A stretch of 40,843 nt of DNA from a virus: UHGV virus genome UHGV-1472163, one strand, 5' to 3'. A program made the position numbers and the translations under genes. Below the pieces are notes generated by a model that ran no database searches, was not told the origin of the DNA, and saw nothing but the letters and a program-made list of their open reading frames with translations. This document shows, one piece after another, positions 37,722 to 40,843 of this stretch. Every line of letters starts with the position of its first letter. Within the stretch, counting starts at the first letter, position 1.

Positions 37722-40667
37722 ATGACAGACATTACAGCCAATGTTGTAGTGAGTATGCCTTCGCAACTCTTCACTATGGCGCGTTCTTTTAAAGCCGTAG
37801 CTAATGGCAAAATTTATATCGGTAAAATTGACACTGACCCGGTAAATCCTGAAAACCAGATTCAGGTCTATGTTGAGAACGAAGATGGTTCTCACGTTCC
37901 TGTTTCGCAACCAATCATCATTAACGCCGCTGGATATCCGGTATATAACGGACAGATTGCCAAGTTCGTAACCGTGCAAGGCCATTCTATGGCTGTTTAT
38001 GATGCGTATGGTACACAGCAGTTCTATTTTCCGAATGTGCTGAAGTATGATCCTGATCAGTTACGGCAGCAATTAGAAGACCCAGATGGAGCGAATAAAT
38101 ACCCAAAACTTCAGATAGCAAGATGGAGAGACAGTTATGATGTAAGAGGTTGGGGGGCTATTGGTGATGGTGTTCATGATGATACATCAGCTCTATCAGA
38201 ATTACTTTCTGTTGCAACAGGTGGTGAAAAGATAGATGGGCGAGGGCTTACTTTTAAAGTATCAACTCTTCCAGATGTCAGTCGATTTAAAAATGCTCGT
38301 TTTTTATTTGAGAGAATACCGGGTCAGCCTCTTTTTTATGCTTCTGAAGATTTTATCCAGGGAGAGTTATTTAAAATTACAGATACACCGTGGTACAACG
38401 CCTGGACGCAGGATAAAACGTTTGTATATGACAATGTCATCTATGCGCCTTTTATGGCTGGAGACCGCCATGGTGTAAATAACCTCCATGTTGCATGGGT
38501 TCGCTCAGGAGATGACGGGAAGACCTGGACAACGCCGGAATGGCTTACAGATTTACATGAAAACTATCCCACAGTTAACTATCACTGCATGAGTATGGGG
38601 GTTGTCAGAAATCGCCTTTTTGCTGTAATTGAGACGCGGACCGTGAGCGGAAATAAACTGCAGGTTGCAGAGTTGTGGGATCGCCCAATGAGTCGCAGCC
38701 TTCGCGTTTATGGTGGTATAACGAAAGCAGCAAATCAGCAAGTCGCTTATATTCGCATTACTGATCACGGATTATTTGCTGGTGATTTTGTCAACTTCTC
38801 AAACTCTGGTGTTACAGGTGTTACCGGGAATATGACGGTGACTACTGTTATTGATAAAAATACTTTTACAGTTACGACGCAAAATACCCAGGATGTGGAT
38901 CAGAATAACGAGGGTAGATACTGGAGTTTTGGTACATCATTTCACTCGTCACCATGGAGAAAAACCAGTCTTGGAACTATTCCTTCTTTTGTTGACGGAA
39001 GCACTCCTGTTACTGAGATTCACAGTTTTGCGACGATTAGCGATAACAGTTTTGCTGTTGGCTACCATAATGGTGATATTGGCCCACGCGAGCTTGGGAT
39101 ACTCTATTTCTCTGATGCTTTCGGTTCTCCTGGTAGCTTTGTTCGCAGACGCATACCTGCAGAATATGAGGCGAATGCATCTGAGCCATGTGTAAAATAT
39201 TATGATGGCATTCTGTATCTGACGACCAGGGGGACATTAAGTACTCAACCCGGTAGTTCATTGCACAGAAGCTCTGATTTAGGTACATCATGGAATTCTC
39301 TTCGCTTCCCAAATAATGTTCATCACTCAAACCTTCCTTTTGCCAAAGTTGGCGATGAGCTGATTATTTTTGGCAGTGAGCGCGCATTTGGTGAGTGGGA
39401 AGGAGGAGAACCTGATAACCGTTATGCAGGAAATTATCCAAGAACATTTATGACCAGAGTTAACGTCAATGAGTGGAGTCTGGATAATGTAGAGTGGGTT
39501 AATGTTACTGATCAGATTTATCAGGGCGGAATAGTTAACTCTGCGGTTGGTGTTGGTTCAGTTTGTATCAAAGACAACTGGCTGTACTACATTTTCGGTG
39601 GGGAAGACTTTCTAAACCCATGGAGCATAGGGGATAACAACAGAAAATATCCTTATGTTCACGATGGTCACCCGGCTGATTTGTATTGTTTCAGGGTGAA
39701 AATTAAACAGGAAGAATTTGTTTCAAGGGATTTTGTCTACGGAGCCACTCCTAACAGAACGCTTCCTACTTTTATGTCGACGTCAGGCGTGAGGACGGTT
39801 CCTGTACCCGTTGATTTCACAGATGATGTTGCCGTCCAGTCACTGACTGTCCATGCAGGTACATCAGGACAAGTTCGCGCGGAAGTCAAACTTGAGGGTA
39901 ATTACGCCATTATTGCGAAGAAAGTACCGTCTGATGATGTTACCGCTCAGAGATTAATCGTTAGCGGCGGTGAAACAACGTCTTCAGCAGATGGTGCAAT
40001 GATAACGTTGCATGGTTCCGGAAGCAGTACTCCACGTCGCGCGGTATATAACGCACTCGAACATCTTTTTGAGAACGGAGATGTTAAACCTTATCTTGAT
40101 AATGTAAATGCTCTTGGTGGTCCGGGAAACAGGTTCTCGACAGTTTATCTTGGCTCCAATCCTGTGGTTACCAGTGACGGAACATTAAAGACAGAGCCGG
40201 TCTCTCCTGACGAAGAATTGCTGGATGCCTGGGGTGACGTCAGGTATATCGCTTATAAATGGCTGAACGCTGTCGCTATAAAGGGGGAAGAAGGGGCGAG
40301 GATACATCATGGTGTAATCGCGCAGCAACTTCGTGATGTTCTTATTTCTCACGGACTCATGGAAGAAGAAAGCACAACATGCCGCTATGCCTTTCTTTGC
40401 TATGACGATTATCCCGCAGTATATGATGACGTCATTACTGGCCAAAGGGAAATGCCGCTGACTGATAATGACGGGAGCATCATTGTTGATGAGGATGATA
40501 ATCCAGTGATGGTAATGGAAGACATCATTGAGCGCGTTGAAATAACGCCAGCAGGATCTAGATGGGGGGTCAGACCTGATCTCTTATTCTATATCGAGGC
40601 GGCATGGCAGCGCAGAGAAATAGAAAGAATAAAAGCTAGGTTAGACTTAATAGAAGGGAAGCACTAA
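37722..40667 (+). CDS. Tailspike: P22-type head-binding N-terminus fused to endosialidase-like domain with C-terminal chaperone domain
   Basis: 981-aa ORF; N-terminal about 125 aa match P22 gp9 head-binding domain as recalled; two sialidase Asp-box motifs ([16 protein letters not shown]); C-terminus with SDGTLK Ser-Lys region resembling S74 chaperone domain. Confidence 0.85.
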   Translation: MTDITANVVVSMPSQLFTMARSFKAVANGKIYIGKIDTDPVNPENQIQVYVENEDGSHVPVSQPIIINAAGYPVYNGQIAKFVTVQGHSMAVYDAYGTQQFYFPNVLKYDPDQLRQQLEDPDGANKYPKLQIARWRDSYDVRGWGAIGDGVHDDTSALSELLSVATGGEKIDGRGLTFKVSTLPDVSRFKNARFLFERIPGQPLFYASEDFIQGELFKITDTPWYNAWTQDKTFVYDNVIYAPFMAGDRHGVNNLHVAWVRSGDDGKTWTTPEWLTDLHENYPTVNYHCMSMGVVRNRLFAVIETRTVSGNKLQVAELWDRPMSRSLRVYGGITKAANQQVAYIRITDHGLFAGDFVNFSNSGVTGVTGNMTVTTVIDKNTFTVTTQNTQDVDQNNEGRYWSFGTSFHSSPWRKTSLGTIPSFVDGSTPVTEIHSFATISDNSFAVGYHNGDIGPRELGILYFSDAFGSPGSFVRRRIPAEYEANASEPCVKYYDGILYLTTRGTLSTQPGSSLHRSSDLGTSWNSLRFPNNVHHSNLPFAKVGDELIIFGSERAFGEWEGGEPDNRYAGNYPRTFMTRVNVNEWSLDNVEWVNVTDQIYQGGIVNSAVGVGSVCIKDNWLYYIFGGEDFLNPWSIGDNNRKYPYVHDGHPADLYCFRVKIKQEEFVSRDFVYGATPNRTLPTFMSTSGVRTVPVPVDFTDDVAVQSLTVHAGTSGQVRAEVKLEGNYAIIAKKVPSDDVTAQRLIVSGGETTSSADGAMITLHGSGSSTPRRAVYNALEHLFENGDVKPYLDNVNALGGPGNRFSTVYLGSNPVVTSDGTLKTEPVSPDEELLDAWGDVRYIAYKWLNAVAIKGEEGARIHHGVIAQQLRDVLISHGLMEEESTTCRYAFLCYDDYPAVYDDVITGQREMPLTDNDGSIIVDEDDNPVMVMEDIIERVEITPAGSRWGVRPDLLFYIEAAWQRREIERIKARLDLIEGKH

Positions 40668-40820
40668 ATGTTTCGTTGGCGTCAAAAATATGAACTGCTC
40701 ACATAAAGAAGTAAGTACATTGGCAAAAAACATTGACGTCAACGAAATTAAATATAAAAATTTAAATGCTTTTTAATGACAAGAAAAGTAACTAGTGGTA
40801 AAATAACGTAGGATACTAAT

Positions 40821-40843
40821 ATGTCAAGACTCAAGACTCAAGA
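40821..40843 (+). CDS. neuO: 5' end of neuO-like phase-variable polysialic acid O-acetyltransferase gene (truncated by window end)
   Basis: ATG followed immediately by tandem AAGACTC heptads, downstream of an endosialidase tailspike; only 23 nt visible. Confidence 0.5.
40826..40843 (+). repeat. AAGACTC heptanucleotide tandem repeat (two full copies plus partial third, continues beyond window)
   Basis: Read directly: AAGACTC AAGACTC AAGA starting 3 nt after ATG. Confidence 0.6.

Noticed and set aside
37590-37985. Long form (217 aa) of the minus-strand ORF 37332..37985
   Set aside because: Only the C-terminal 85 aa resemble Mnt; the upstream part overlaps the tailspike start and its promoter region with no support.

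Overview
The window is a near-complete mosaic P22-like lambdoid prophage of an enterobacterium, most consistent with an Escherichia coli K1-type phage of the CUS-3 group. Every call rests on reading the supplied ORF translations and the raw sequence by eye; no database search was run. Left to right: integrase and excisionase at the left edge (attL and any tRNA not visible); a leftward early operon with an N-like antiterminator, AT-rich moron genes, cIII, kil and a RecT recombination module; a P22-type immunity region (c2, OR, cro) with lambda-type cII; replication genes (O-like with internal iterons, DnaB-type helicase); a nin region with NinB/E/F/H, RusA and an HNH endonuclease; lambda-type Q, pR'/tR' and S-R-Rz/Rz1 lysis cassette; a T5orf172/GIY-YIG-like moron; Sf6/P22-like packaging, head and ejection genes; an immI-like accessory module (two Mnt-like repressors, Arc-like, two antirepressors, an HExxH protein); and an endosialidase-type tailspike followed by the first codons of a neuO-like gene with AAGACTC heptad repeats. 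No rRNA, tRNA, CRISPR array or IS element was recognised. The best candidates for an undescribed function are the AT-rich moron cluster between cIII and N, the T5orf172 moron, and the HExxH/membrane/YjzC-like trio in the immI-like region; none can be assigned a function from sequence alone.
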